From Phycisphaerae bacterium (GTDB lineage: Bacteria > Planctomycetota > Phycisphaerae > UBA1845 > PWPN01): a DNA stretch of 64,000 bases. Below the pieces are notes generated by a model. It was given only the letters and a program-made list of their open reading frames with translations. It was not told where the DNA came from and made no database searches. The DNA lies in the NCBI GenBank assembly GCA_035384605.1, contig DAOOIV010000007.1, positions 50,420-114,419 on the forward strand, written 5' to 3'. Of this stretch, positions 1 through 15,856 are shown piece by piece. The translations under genes were made by a program, and so were the position numbers. Position 1 is the stretch's first letter. Each line of letters begins with the position of its first letter.

Positions 1-1210
1 TCGTGTATTTGGCGGCATTCTTGCCATTGATCCTGGTGATCAGATCACCGGGGCGAACGCCGGCCCGGTATGCGGGCGAACCTTTGAGCGGCGAGACGAC
101 CAGGATGGGTTCGCCATCGTTCTTGCGAATCTGGATGCCCACGCCGCTGAAGCGGCCTTGCGTGTGTTTGTTGAATTCGGGCACATCGGCCGGCCAGATC
201 ATGTCGCTGAACTTGTCCAGCGGTTGCAGTGCTCCATAGGTGAACTCGCGAACGAGCACGGGTTGCGGGAACAAACCGTTCTCTTCATTGATTTCCAGAA
301 CCCGCTCGAAATGCGCTATCAGCTCATGCACGGTGAGCGAATCTTTGGCTTCCGCAAACCTGAGTCTGGCCTCGACGCGGGTGGAGAAATCAGACACCGC
401 CTCCTTGTCGTTGAGTTTCTCGAAGACCTTGGGCAGCTTCGGCGTCTTGGTCATGAGCAGCACTTGGCGCAGGGCTCCCAGCACGGCCTCGCGGAAATCG
501 GGCGTCTTGAGGTAGTCGGTGGAGATCTTGAGAAAGGCATCGTATGCCATGTCCTTAGAGATGTCTGCGACAGCCGACTCCCAATCCGACTCCGGTTCGT
601 AAGTCAGTTCCAGGCGAATATGGTCCTGGCACCGCTCCAGAGCCTTTCGGTAATCCCTGTTGAGGGGATAGAGATCCTGCAACCGGACGTAGACGCGGGC
701 GGCCGCATACCACTTGCCCTTGGCCTCGTACTCCTGGGCGGCCTTGACGGCGTTTTCAAGGGCTTCGACGACCCAAGCCTCCTTGAGGAAGTCGTCCGGG
801 TTGTCCGCAACGCTGTGAGCCAACGAAATGCTCACCAGCGCCTGGTGACGGCGTCCGGCGGCGACGTCCTCCTTGGCCCAAGAAACGTACTTGTGGTAGT
901 CCTTGCCGACTCGCTCCCGGCGACTTTTCTCAAAATCACCGTATTCGCTCAGCCAATCGCGAACATGGGCGACTCGTTCGTCGCTTACCCCGGTTGTCGC
1001 GAGGCTGTTGATGATCTCCGCAGCCTTGTCGATCCTGCCCAAGCCAACGAGGCCGAGTCCCTCGATCCACTGCTGTTGCTGAGCTGCGGTACCGATAGGC
1101 TTGTTTTCTTCGAGCGTGTCCGCCACGGATGCTCGCGGCGAGCGCACCACCGCCAGACCTGTGGCAAGCAGACACCACAACACCGTCGACGTCTTGAGCA
1201 GGCGCTTCAT
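1..1210 (-). CDS. Carboxy-terminal processing protease (S41 family, PDZ-containing), 5' part only. The gene runs off the window start. Not in the ORF track because no stop lies in the window.
   Basis: Reverse-strand translation from the ATG at complement 1208-1210 gives MKRLLKTSTVLWCLLATGLAVV (signal peptide) and ends in a PDZ-like segment (GVGIQI...GEPILVVSPLKGSPAYRAGVRPGDLITRINGK) typical of Ctp/Prc. AGGAG lies 6 nt upstream. The overlapping + ORF 158..1408 is its antisense. Confidence 0.75.
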   Translation of the reverse strand, partial: MKRLLKTSTVLWCLLATGLAVVRSPRASVADTLEENKPIGTAAQQQQWIEGLGLVGLGRIDKAAEIINSLATTGVSDERVAHVRDWLSEYGDFEKSRRERVGKDYHKYVSWAKEDVAAGRRHQALVSISLAHSVADNPDDFLKEAWVVEALENAVKAAQEYEAKGKWYAAARVYVRLQDLYPLNRDYRKALERCQDHIRLELTYEPESDWESAVADISKDMAYDAFLKISTDYLKTPDFREAVLGALRQVLLMTKTPKLPKVFEKLNDKEAVSDFSTRVEARLRFAEAKDSLTVHELIAHFERVLEINEENGLFPQPVLVREFTYGALQPLDKFSDMIWPADVPEFNKHTQGRFSGVGIQIRKNDGEPILVVSPLKGSPAYRAGVRPGDLITRINGKNAAKYT

Positions 1211-1942
1211 CAGCACTCCTTCAGATTCACATTCACCCTGGTTGCGGTCATCGCGCCAGGGCAGGTTGGCCGGCCTACAGGACCGAGCTGCCGCCCGTGC
1301 CATCGGCCGGATTGGCGGAACCGAGATTCGCCAGGACGGATTGTCGCGCGGCTCGTTGGGGTGGCACTAGCTCTCCCCGGACAGGCGTCGTCAACCCCAA
1401 AAGCTTAATTATATATACGACCTAGACATCGGCAATGCCGCACCTGGCGTCAGACAGGTGCAAAACCTCTGGCGAGTCTCGGCGCCGAAGGTCCCTTTTC
1501 GCATCACGTCGGTTCGTGATTTCGGCTTTCTCTGACTGCAAATTCGCGGCAGTTCTCGGCAAGGCGTCTACCGTCACTCGCGCGGCTTGTCGGCAGGCAG
1601 GTGTCGGATTTGGACGGCGGATGCGAAACAAGGAGAGCCGCACTCTGTAACCGATTGTCAAAAAGCAAGTTAGACGACAGCCATTGGCGGCTGATCCTCG
1701 GGTCTGGGTGAGGTTTGACAAGCGAACTGAAGGCCAGCCTGGGACGAGGCCCCGACCTGCCCGGAATAGTGTCGATGCCCAGCGTTGGCCGACCCCAGGC
1801 CGACAGCAAACCCAAGAAGATGCAATAAGTCTCTAAGCTCAATCCAAATAAATAGATACGAGAATTGATGCCCTGTGATTTTGTGCTCGGTATATAGCGA
1901 GGGATTTGACTGGGATCGGGCTTTTTGATAGTATGGCGGCCT

Positions 1943-3349
1943 ATGGCTCGGTCCACGACGGCAAAGACAATGGCAAAGAAAGCAGTTTCCGGCTCCATCC
2001 GAACCTATCGGTCAGCATTAACCTTCCTGGACTCGATGGTAAACCACGAGAAGATGACCCGGGTGGGGTACACACCACGGAACTTCAACCTCGCGAGGAT
2101 GACCCGGCTGTTATCGGGCTTGGGCAATCCTCATCGGGAGTTCAAGTCGGTTCACATTGCCGGAACCAAGGGCAAGGGCTCGACCGCAGCGATGCTGTCG
2201 GCGATGCTTTCCAATTGCAATCTCAAAGTGGGGCTGTATACATCGCCGCACTTGCTGGATGTTCGAGAGCGCATCCAGATTGACGGCAAGATGATCAGCG
2301 AGCAGGACATGACCCACCTCATGGGCCGGATCGCACCGGTGGTTCGCCGTCTGGGTAAGGACGAACCCACCTATTTTGAAATCCTGACCGCTCTGGCGTT
2401 TCTCTATTTTGCTGAGCAGCAGCTCGACATAGCGGTGGTTGAGACCGGCATGGGTGGGCGGTTGGACTCCACTAACGTGCTGAGACCGGAAGTCTGCGCT
2501 ATCACGAGCATCAGTTACGATCACATGGGTCAGCTTGGGCTCACGCTGGACAAGATAGCCGAGGAGAAGGCCGGCATTTTCAAGCCAGGAATTCCCGCGA
2601 TCAGCGCCCCCCAAGCGCCTGAGGCCAAGGCGGCTCTTCAGCGCGTTGCAGCCAAGGTGAAATGTCCGCTGCTGTTCACCGGCAAGGACATTGAGTTCAG
2701 CTACCGCTTCGAATCGACACGGCCGATTGGGCCGCATACGTGCGTCAGCCTCATCACGGCAAACAGCCGTTTCGAGCATCTGCCGGTACCCTTGATGGGA
2801 GAGCATCAGGCGATCAACTGCGGGCTGGCGCTCAGTGTCATGGCGACGCTCAAGGAGCGAGGCTTTAAGCTGGAGGATCAGTCGGTCATCGAAGGGCTCG
2901 CCAAGGCGAAGCTTCCGGGGCGCATGGAAACCATCCACGAAAACCCTCGAATCATGGTCGATGGAGCCCACAACGCAGCCAGCGTCGAGGCACTGATGCG
3001 GGCGATCGGTCAGAACATCCCATACGACTCGATGGTCGTCATTTTCGGCTGCCGGTCTGATAAAGACATCAGCGGCATGCTGAACCATATCCAGCTTGGA
3101 GCCGACAAGGTGATCTTCACCGAAGGAGGCATTCCGCGAGCCGCAGACCCGGGGGAGCTTGCCGCCGAGTACATCGAGCGATGCGGCAAGATGGCCCAGG
3201 TGGCCCATACCCTTGAGGAAGCCCTGGAGATCGCGGAACGAGCGGTGACTCGCGAGGATATCATCTGCATCACCGGTTCGTTCCACCTGGTCGGCCACGC
3301 GAAGAGGCTGATTGCCTCGCGAACCGCCGCCGGTTCCGTTGCCTCCTGA
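1943..3349 (+). CDS. folC: Bifunctional folylpolyglutamate synthase / dihydrofolate synthase
   Basis: Mur-ligase-family motifs are present: GTKGKGST P-loop, VVETGMGGRLDSTNV, ITSISYDHM, VDGAHN. The start is ambiguous between TTG 1925, ATG 1943 and ATG 1970. Confidence 0.85.
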   Translation: MARSTTAKTMAKKAVSGSIRTYRSALTFLDSMVNHEKMTRVGYTPRNFNLARMTRLLSGLGNPHREFKSVHIAGTKGKGSTAAMLSAMLSNCNLKVGLYTSPHLLDVRERIQIDGKMISEQDMTHLMGRIAPVVRRLGKDEPTYFEILTALAFLYFAEQQLDIAVVETGMGGRLDSTNVLRPEVCAITSISYDHMGQLGLTLDKIAEEKAGIFKPGIPAISAPQAPEAKAALQRVAAKVKCPLLFTGKDIEFSYRFESTRPIGPHTCVSLITANSRFEHLPVPLMGEHQAINCGLALSVMATLKERGFKLEDQSVIEGLAKAKLPGRMETIHENPRIMVDGAHNAASVEALMRAIGQNIPYDSMVVIFGCRSDKDISGMLNHIQLGADKVIFTEGGIPRAADPGELAAEYIERCGKMAQVAHTLEEALEIAERAVTREDIICITGSFHLVGHAKRLIASRTAAGSVAS

Positions 3350-3558
3350 AAAAAAGCGCCGGCGGTAGTGACGGTTCACGGCGCTGCGGTGTGCCCTGCT
3401 CTTGGGATGGTCGATCGTCCGGCCAATGCGACCCAGAGTGTAGCTGTCAGTCGGCCAGACCATATCGCGGTCGAGAGAAGACATTGATCGACACCGGTGC
3501 CGGTGATAGAGTACGAAGCGTCTGTCTCGGCGTTCATCTCAAGACAAGGAGACCGCAC

Positions 3559-4896
3559 ATGGCCGGCTTGAATCCGCACCGGAGCATCGTGTCGCTGACC
3601 CTGCTCGCGGTAGTGATCTGTGTTCAAGGCGGAGCTTGCCTGCCCCGAACAACGCCTGACGAAGGTAAGGGCAACCGCGCCGGTGAGACGGTGCGCAAAA
3701 CCATCGGATCTGAGGGCGGCGTGATCGAGGCCATCAACAGCCGCGGTGACACGATCCGCCTGGAGATACCGTCGGGCGCGTTGTCGGGATCTGTTGACAT
3801 CTCGGTCGACCCACTGGATGAGCCGCCGGCCAACCCGATCGGGGAGAACGTGTTTCCTGGCGTTGATCTGGCACCGGACGGTCTGATGCTGCTGAAAGCC
3901 GCCACATTGAAGGTCTCGCCGGCCGAGGGAACGGTTGACGCGCGGGCTCTCCTGTTCCATCTGCGACAGGCGGACTTCGTCGTGCCGATTTCGGAGCAGG
4001 AGGTGAACGGAGGCGTGATTTCCGGGAAGATCCGGCACTTCAGCAGTTACCTGGGCGGATCGCCGTCCGGTAACGAGGCCTCGCAACAGGCCGGCCAAGC
4101 CGCCGGTCAATCGCAAGGCTCATCCCACTGGCAATCGACGCTTGATGACGTCGGCGGCTTGTTGCAGTGGGGCGAATGGTTCCAGTCACAAGGCATGGAG
4201 AGCGAGGCTCAGGATTCGTTCAAAGAAGCCGAGGAACGCTTGCGTGAGGCCATCGAGTGTTTCCTGGATCCGGGTTGTCATGTCGTACCGATCGACATCT
4301 GCGACGACGATTACGTGCGCGAAGCCCTGGCTTACCTCGGCCAGGCTCAGTTGTTGGGCTTCGACGAGGAATCGGAGTTGATGCAAGATCTTCACACTGC
4401 CGTGACGCACCTGCTCAACCAGTGCACGAACCGGTTCGCCATCGAGTACGACTATTTGCAGACGGTCGACTACGCCTCGTACAGCCACGACATCCACGTC
4501 ACCGGCCAGGTCCTTTTCTCGCTGCCGATCTACGTCGTCGGTGACATCGGGGCGCTGCAGGCAACCGGCCAAGGCACTGTGAACGGCACGATCACGGGGG
4601 CTGCGGACGAGTGCACCATCACCGGCAGTTTTACGATCAACGTCGTGGTGGAGGGCGAACTGGAGGCCGACGAGATGGGTCAACCCTGGCTGAACCTGCG
4701 CCTCAATGAGAGTTGGTATGCCAGCGGACAACAAACCGTGGTTTGCCCGGACGAGAGCAGCGATTTACCACTGTTTCCTGTTCAGTCCGTCCAGAACGTC
4801 CGTCTGCTCATGCAGGACGGCTACGTTCTCGAGCAGCCTCATTTGGAGACTCAGGGACACTACCGGTGGACGCTGCACGTGCTCCATCTGTGGTAA
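3559..4896 (+). CDS. Hypothetical secreted protein or lipoprotein
   Basis: ATG at 3559 is preceded by AAGGAG. The N-terminal hydrophobic signal (SLTLLAVVICVQGGAC) suggests a lipobox-like cysteine. No recognisable catalytic motifs. Confidence 0.55.
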   Translation: MAGLNPHRSIVSLTLLAVVICVQGGACLPRTTPDEGKGNRAGETVRKTIGSEGGVIEAINSRGDTIRLEIPSGALSGSVDISVDPLDEPPANPIGENVFPGVDLAPDGLMLLKAATLKVSPAEGTVDARALLFHLRQADFVVPISEQEVNGGVISGKIRHFSSYLGGSPSGNEASQQAGQAAGQSQGSSHWQSTLDDVGGLLQWGEWFQSQGMESEAQDSFKEAEERLREAIECFLDPGCHVVPIDICDDDYVREALAYLGQAQLLGFDEESELMQDLHTAVTHLLNQCTNRFAIEYDYLQTVDYASYSHDIHVTGQVLFSLPIYVVGDIGALQATGQGTVNGTITGAADECTITGSFTINVVVEGELEADEMGQPWLNLRLNESWYASGQQTVVCPDESSDLPLFPVQSVQNVRLLMQDGYVLEQPHLETQGHYRWTLHVLHLW

Positions 4897-5009
4897 GCGG
4901 CTTCCGAGAGCTTCTGCGAAGACCTGTGGGCGGCGTCTTCGGCTCGTGGAGATGAGGACCAAGCCCGCGCAGCCGCCAGGATGGCAACGAAGGTGATCTG
5001 CCCCGAGCG

Positions 5010-5738
5010 TCAGCGGTTTTCCGGAGCAAGGTTGATGATGCGAGCGTTCGGTAAGTGAAAGGTCAGCACCAAGCGAGCGAGGTTGAGCCAGGAACGGCAT
5101 CGGTCAAGGACGACGCTATCGGCAGTTGCGATGATGGCGCTGGAATCGGCCAGCACGGTATCAGGGTTCGTGACGAGTTCGATTTCCCAGGTCCACCCCC
5201 GCCTGGCCGCGAGATCCCTCATCTGGCTCCGCAGTCGACCGGAGTTGGAGACGGGGCTGTCGAGCAGCCAGAGGCAGCGTTGGGGCCGGAGGGCGGCTAC
5301 GGTCTCGCCGATCAGGCCCAGTGCCGGGCCGGTTTCTCGGACCTTGCGGAAGGTCCCGTGCATGCTGGCCATGTCGCGGTAGCAGCCGTCCCGTCCCTGA
5401 ATGACGACCCCGCCGGCCAGAGCGGCTTCGACAGTTGTCAGGACGTTGTATCCATCAACAGCCAATTCGCTCGCGCTCACTGCCCCGGGCGGGACTTCGC
5501 GTTGCCTCCGTGTAGCCAATGCGTCATCGGAGCAGGAGCACCTCATCACCGCGATTCTCTGCCGCTGCGTCAGTCCGAAGTGATCGCCAACCAGTTTGAG
5601 GGCCGATTTCTCGGCATAACCCCTGCCAAGCAGAAAAGACAGGTCTCCGACGGCAGCTCGAAGAATCGGCCATTGGGACTCGGCAAACAGTCGGGCATCA
5701 TCCGGGTGAGGGCCGCGATGCGATCTCTTGTCAGGCAT
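5010..5738 (-). CDS. Hypothetical protein, DUF434/DUF5616-like
   Basis: Intact 242-aa ORF. The RGYAEKSALKLVGDHFGLTQRQRIAVMR segment resembles DUF434 proteins; this is from memory, not a search. The + ORF 5055..5867 is its antisense. Confidence 0.5.
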   Translation of the reverse strand: MPDKRSHRGPHPDDARLFAESQWPILRAAVGDLSFLLGRGYAEKSALKLVGDHFGLTQRQRIAVMRCSCSDDALATRRQREVPPGAVSASELAVDGYNVLTTVEAALAGGVVIQGRDGCYRDMASMHGTFRKVRETGPALGLIGETVAALRPQRCLWLLDSPVSNSGRLRSQMRDLAARRGWTWEIELVTNPDTVLADSSAIIATADSVVLDRCRSWLNLARLVLTFHLPNARIINLAPENR

Positions 5739-5780
5739 AGGGTGTTCCTGTCAACCGGTGCCGGATCGGCTCAATTACCC

Positions 5781-5873
5781 AAGGCGGACCGCCTTTTTGC
5801 AGACCGCAATCCAAGCGCACTGCGATCCAGAAACATGCGCGCAAGCCGCACAGACATCCAGCCATAAGGTTCT
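5781..5873 (+). repeat. 93-bp dispersed repeat element, copy 1 (tandem with copy 2)
   Basis: Begins with the palindrome AAGGCGGACCGCCTT followed by a T-run, then a conserved GC-rich body ending ...CATAAGGTTCT. About 85-90% identical to copies at 5874, 14675 and 25101. Confidence 0.85.
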
Positions 5874-5966
5874 AAGGCGGACCGCCTTTTTGCGGACCGC
5901 AACCCAAGCGCTCTGCGATCAAGAAACATGCGCGCAAGTCGCACAGATGTCTGGCCGTAAGGTTCT
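5874..5966 (+). repeat. 93-bp dispersed repeat element, copy 2
   Basis: Directly abuts copy 1 (period 93 bp) and has the same hairpin + T-run + body. Confidence 0.85.
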
Positions 5967-6431
5967 AATTCTACCTCTCCCAACCCAAATGACATACCGC
6001 CGAGGACCGTTTCCATAAGCGGCCAGATCCGTGACGCTGTAGCCCTTCTTTCACAATCCCGAGCGATCGATACCGCGAAGGACGGGTCAGACGCAAGGCG
6101 AACACGGTTCCGCGAGGCATTCGGCGTGTACATACCTTGGGGGCCACGGGCGGTTCGTCCGACCGAGCAGGCCCGGCGGGCAGAGGGTACCGGCAAACAA
6201 GCGGCCAGCGGCAGCTCCAGAATTCTCTCGAACCCATTGAATTACCACCTTGGTAGGAAGGGTTATTTCGGTTAGCATATGCCATGAAGTGCTTGCGGAA
6301 GCCTCTCGACGTGCGGCCGCGTCGCGGCATGGGCCAGCAATCTGGGCCATATCGGTCTTGGGCGCGTCTTGCACCCAATAGCGGCAGAGGAAGACTTCCG
6401 CGGTTTTTCACTTCCCGGAGGTCGTTGCACT

Positions 6432-6887
6432 ATGGAGGACACGCAATCAGAGCGTATCACCGTGAGGTGCGAGTGTGGCGCAAAGCTGGGACTGCGGGCC
6501 TCTTTTGCCGGGCACAAGGCCAAGTGTCCCAAGTGCAGCAGATCCTTCATCATACCAGCAACTGACGGTCGCGCAAGCATCGCAGCACCCGCGTATCCAA
6601 GCCCGGGGATGCCCAAGCAGGAGTCCCGACCCGCAACGGCGAGCCAGAAGACCGTCATGGTGGGTTGTCCGGCGTGTGGCAAGCACATCCGCGTGCCCGC
6701 GAACACAACCGGCCGAAAGGCGCGCTGTCCGGCCTGCGAGGGTGTGTTCGTCATCGGTCATGCAGCCGCGAGTCCCACGGTTGGGATTCAACCGGGACCG
6801 GTATCGGAACCTGCGGCGAAACCGGCGCCGAAGCCCGCTCCGGTTTCGGAGTCGCCTCTGCCAGAGGAATACCAAAAGCAGGATTGA
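6432..6887 (+). CDS. Small zinc-ribbon protein (multiple CxxC pairs)
   Basis: ATG at 6432 with GGAGG 8 nt upstream. Cys pairs CECG...CPKC and CPACG...CPACEG, followed by a Pro/Ala-rich tail. Confidence 0.6.
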   Translation: MEDTQSERITVRCECGAKLGLRASFAGHKAKCPKCSRSFIIPATDGRASIAAPAYPSPGMPKQESRPATASQKTVMVGCPACGKHIRVPANTTGRKARCPACEGVFVIGHAAASPTVGIQPGPVSEPAAKPAPKPAPVSESPLPEEYQKQD

Positions 6888-6999
6888 TGGTACTTACGGA
6901 TGGTCGGACGATGGTGGTTCCCTGCTGACCGAGGCGTCGCAGCAGCCGGCCGCAGACATCGGCACGGCATACAAGCTGTGCCCGAACTGTGGCCAGACC

Positions 7000-8064
7000 A
7001 TGCCTGCGAAGGCCCGACTGTGTGTGGCGTGCGGCTTTGACACCAAGACCGGACGTCGCATGCAGGATACGGCCATCAGCGGGGGCGGAAGCGGCGCACT
7101 GACCGCCGTCGGCGGAGTACTCGGGTCGGCCGTCAGGTCGAGCGGCGCGCTGTTGCTGGGCACGCTGTTGAGCTTCCTTGGAGCGATGCTGGGCGCGGCA
7201 ATCTGGGCCGGCGTTGCCTATGCCATTCATCTTCAAATCGGCTGGATCGCATGGGCCATCGGCGGGCTGGCGGGAGGCGGCATGTACCTCGGTTACCGCA
7301 ACCAAAGCACGCCGGCCGGACTGATCGCCTCGTTCATGGCGGTTCTAGGCATCGTCGTCGGTAAGATCGGTGTCTTCGTTATCGTGGTCTTGTCGGTGGC
7401 GGCCAGCATGATGCCCGCGATGAGCAACTCTGGCGCGGTTCATACCGCCGTTCGCAGCGAGGGTGAGGAAACCGCCATGATGACGGAGAGGTACGTTCTG
7501 GCCTCCCACCACGCCACTTTGAAGGCCAATCGCCAGGGATTGAGTTATGACGATCCGCAGCGGGAAGCCCTTTACGCCCAGGAACAGCAGCGATTCAAGG
7601 ACATGCCTGAGGATCGGGTCAAGAAGGCTATGGAGGAGATGAAGCAGTGGGAACAGGGCGGCAAATGGGAAGATGCGGCCTATGTTCGAGACTTTCTCAT
7701 CTATTCGTATATAGACGAGGCCCTGGAGACCGAGGCGAGCAAGAGGGGCGTTGACACGGACGAGCTCGAAGTGAACGCTGCACAATGGGCACAATATCAC
7801 CGGGCGGCCGCCAAGCGGGCCGACAGCATCGCAGAGAATCAGCGAGTGGTCGAGGCGAAGCGAATCGAGCGCGATCGGAACGAAGAGAGTGAGAGGGCCC
7901 TCGTCGAAGCCGAAAAAGAGTTCGAGGACGCCGCCGGCAAAGCTGCCATAGGACTGCTCGGGCTGTTTTTCAGCGCATTGTTCGGCTGGATGGATGTCCT
8001 CTTCATCATTCTGGCGGTTGCCACGGCATACCATCTGGCGTCCGGTCTGTCGTTCGGCGGTTGA
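7000..8064 (+). CDS. Membrane protein with N-terminal zinc-ribbon (CPNCG...CVACG), multi-TM glycine-rich core and C-terminal coiled coil. Start uncertain.
   Basis: This frame is open from 6475. The first in-frame ATG at 7000 would split the CPNCG/CVACG ribbon. No GTG or TTG lies between 6887 and 7000. It may be continuous with 6432..6887 via a +1 shift. Confidence 0.5.
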   Translation: MPAKARLCVACGFDTKTGRRMQDTAISGGGSGALTAVGGVLGSAVRSSGALLLGTLLSFLGAMLGAAIWAGVAYAIHLQIGWIAWAIGGLAGGGMYLGYRNQSTPAGLIASFMAVLGIVVGKIGVFVIVVLSVAASMMPAMSNSGAVHTAVRSEGEETAMMTERYVLASHHATLKANRQGLSYDDPQREALYAQEQQRFKDMPEDRVKKAMEEMKQWEQGGKWEDAAYVRDFLIYSYIDEALETEASKRGVDTDELEVNAAQWAQYHRAAAKRADSIAENQRVVEAKRIERDRNEESERALVEAEKEFEDAAGKAAIGLLGLFFSALFGWMDVLFIILAVATAYHLASGLSFGG

Positions 8065-8225
8065 TTGCAACGCACCCCCGTTTTCAGTACTGTCCGGCCG
8101 GCTCATTCCGGCCGATAGGGCTGTTTTCTGCTCAACCCGTCGGGTCCAAGCTCACCTGATGCCGATAAACCTGATAGGCAGAATGGAATCTGCCACGGAT
8201 AGTCCACGCGCCAAAGGATGGGCCC

Positions 8226-14387
<6,162 letters not shown>

Positions 14388-14674
14388 GACCGGTCCCACG
14401 CGCCACATCCCTTTGCGACACCCGGGCGAACCGCCAAGGTGTTACACACCCGTTACACCCCGGCGTCCAAACACAGCGTAGATTTCTATGTAGCCGACGC
14501 TCCACCCTCTACCAAGGAGTCTGCCATGACAAGCCGTCACCATCCTCGCCTGATTGTCGCCACTGTTCTGTGTGCCGGGTGCCGGGCGCGATGCTCATGG
14601 CTCTGCGCGGGCAGGCCGATTCCAACGCTCCGGAGGACTGTTTCGTTGAACGCAAGTATCTTTCATGGCATCCT

Positions 14675-14767
14675 AAGGCGGACCGCCTTTTTGCGGGCCG
14701 CAACCCAAGCGCTCTGCGATCCAGAAACATGCGCGCAAGCCGCACAGATGTCTGGCCGTAAGGTTCC
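14675..14767 (+). repeat. 93-bp dispersed repeat element, copy 3
   Basis: AAGGCGGACCGCCTTTTTGCGGGCCGCAACCCAAGCGCTCTGCGATCCAGAAACATGCGCGCAAGCCGCACAGATGTCTGGCCGTAAGGTTCC. It ends 1 nt before the ATG at 14769. Confidence 0.85.
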
Positions 14768-14768
14768 A

Positions 14769-15785
14769 ATGACGTTCTTGTTGCCGGTCGCAACACTCGC
14801 CGCAGCCCTGTGGCAGCCAGCAGGGACCACAACGCCTGTGACTTCCGAACCAGCCGCTGACCGAGCGGCCGTGGAGTGGGTCGACGTGAAAACCGGCAAG
14901 GTCCTGTTCTCCGGCCGGGATATCGTTTGCTTCGACTGGGACCGGCAGGTCTTTGAACTGACCCGTGAAAGAGCGATGGATCTCATGTCCCTCCCGCCCA
15001 TGCTTCAACGCGACTTTGTGGTCCGCGACCGGGAGGGCGAGATCTACCGCGGCTGCTTCATGAGTGCGTTATCATCGTCCAGCTATGACGGCCCGACCAT
15101 TGGCAGCGACTTCTTCGAGGTTGAGGGTATCAGACCGCCGTTGTATCACATCGCCGGAGGCTACCCCGGTGAGCACGGTCCGGGTGCCAAACTACGGTTC
15201 GATCCCCGCTTGAGACAACATCTTGATACCGCCGGTTTGCTGCGCAGTATTAAAGAGGGCGAGAAGGTTGAACCTGTCGAAACCGTTTTCTGCGGCTGGC
15301 ACGGCGAGGCCTTGGGGCGCCGAGCGGCAATCATGTTCTTCCCTGAGACTATACGCATGGGGCTTGACATTCGACTCGTGCTGCGGTTCCACAAGACCAA
15401 AGCGGCAACAGGCTCGCCGGCCGAGCGCGAGCGAGATGCACGTCGTGGCATCACGCGCGATCCTGCGATCTCCCAAGAGCCTGATCGCGTCGAAGCCCAT
15501 ATCACGCTGAGATCAAACGACGGCAAGTCCGAGCGCACCAGGAAGATCACAGTCCCTGTCGAGAATCTGATCGAAGGGTACTCCAGTGCCTTCCCGCTTG
15601 TCGTCTGGCCGTGGAGCGAATCGGGCCGATCCGTGGACGACCTGTTCAAGCCCGGCCCCGCCGAGCTGACTGTTAGCATCGTGGCTACGCGGAAAACAGA
15701 TAAAGGCATCGAACAAATCGGCATCTGGGATATCCCCACCCGCCAGGTGCAGATTCTGCCCGGTCCGCATCGAGAAGGAAAATGA
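14769..15785 (+). CDS. Hypothetical exported protein
   Basis: MTFLLPVATLAAALWQPAGTT is a signal-peptide-like N-terminus. An alternative start is the ATG at 14526 with AAGGAG 6 nt upstream, but that reading frame would run through the non-coding repeat copy. Confidence 0.55.
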   Translation: MTFLLPVATLAAALWQPAGTTTPVTSEPAADRAAVEWVDVKTGKVLFSGRDIVCFDWDRQVFELTRERAMDLMSLPPMLQRDFVVRDREGEIYRGCFMSALSSSSYDGPTIGSDFFEVEGIRPPLYHIAGGYPGEHGPGAKLRFDPRLRQHLDTAGLLRSIKEGEKVEPVETVFCGWHGEALGRRAAIMFFPETIRMGLDIRLVLRFHKTKAATGSPAERERDARRGITRDPAISQEPDRVEAHITLRSNDGKSERTRKITVPVENLIEGYSSAFPLVVWPWSESGRSVDDLFKPGPAELTVSIVATRKTDKGIEQIGIWDIPTRQVQILPGPHREGK

Positions 15786-15856
15786 ATGGCCAATGGGTAT
15801 GATAGGAGGTACCGGGCGACGGGGGCACGGGCAGATTCGGACGTAAGAGGCATCCG

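Noticed and set aside
2111-3484. 457-aa ORF on minus strand overlapping folC
   Set aside because: Antisense shadow ORF of a clearly identified gene. No motifs. Typical of 65% GC DNA.
5055-5867. 270-aa + strand ORF
   Set aside because: Antisense to the better-supported DUF434-like gene. It also runs into the non-coding repeat.
5728-6018. ORF translating the 93-bp repeats as an RRTAFL...CDPETCAQAAQ peptide repeat
   Set aside because: Other copies of the repeat carry frame-breaking indels (copy at 25101) and occur in both coding and non-coding contexts. The conservation is at nucleotide level, not protein level.
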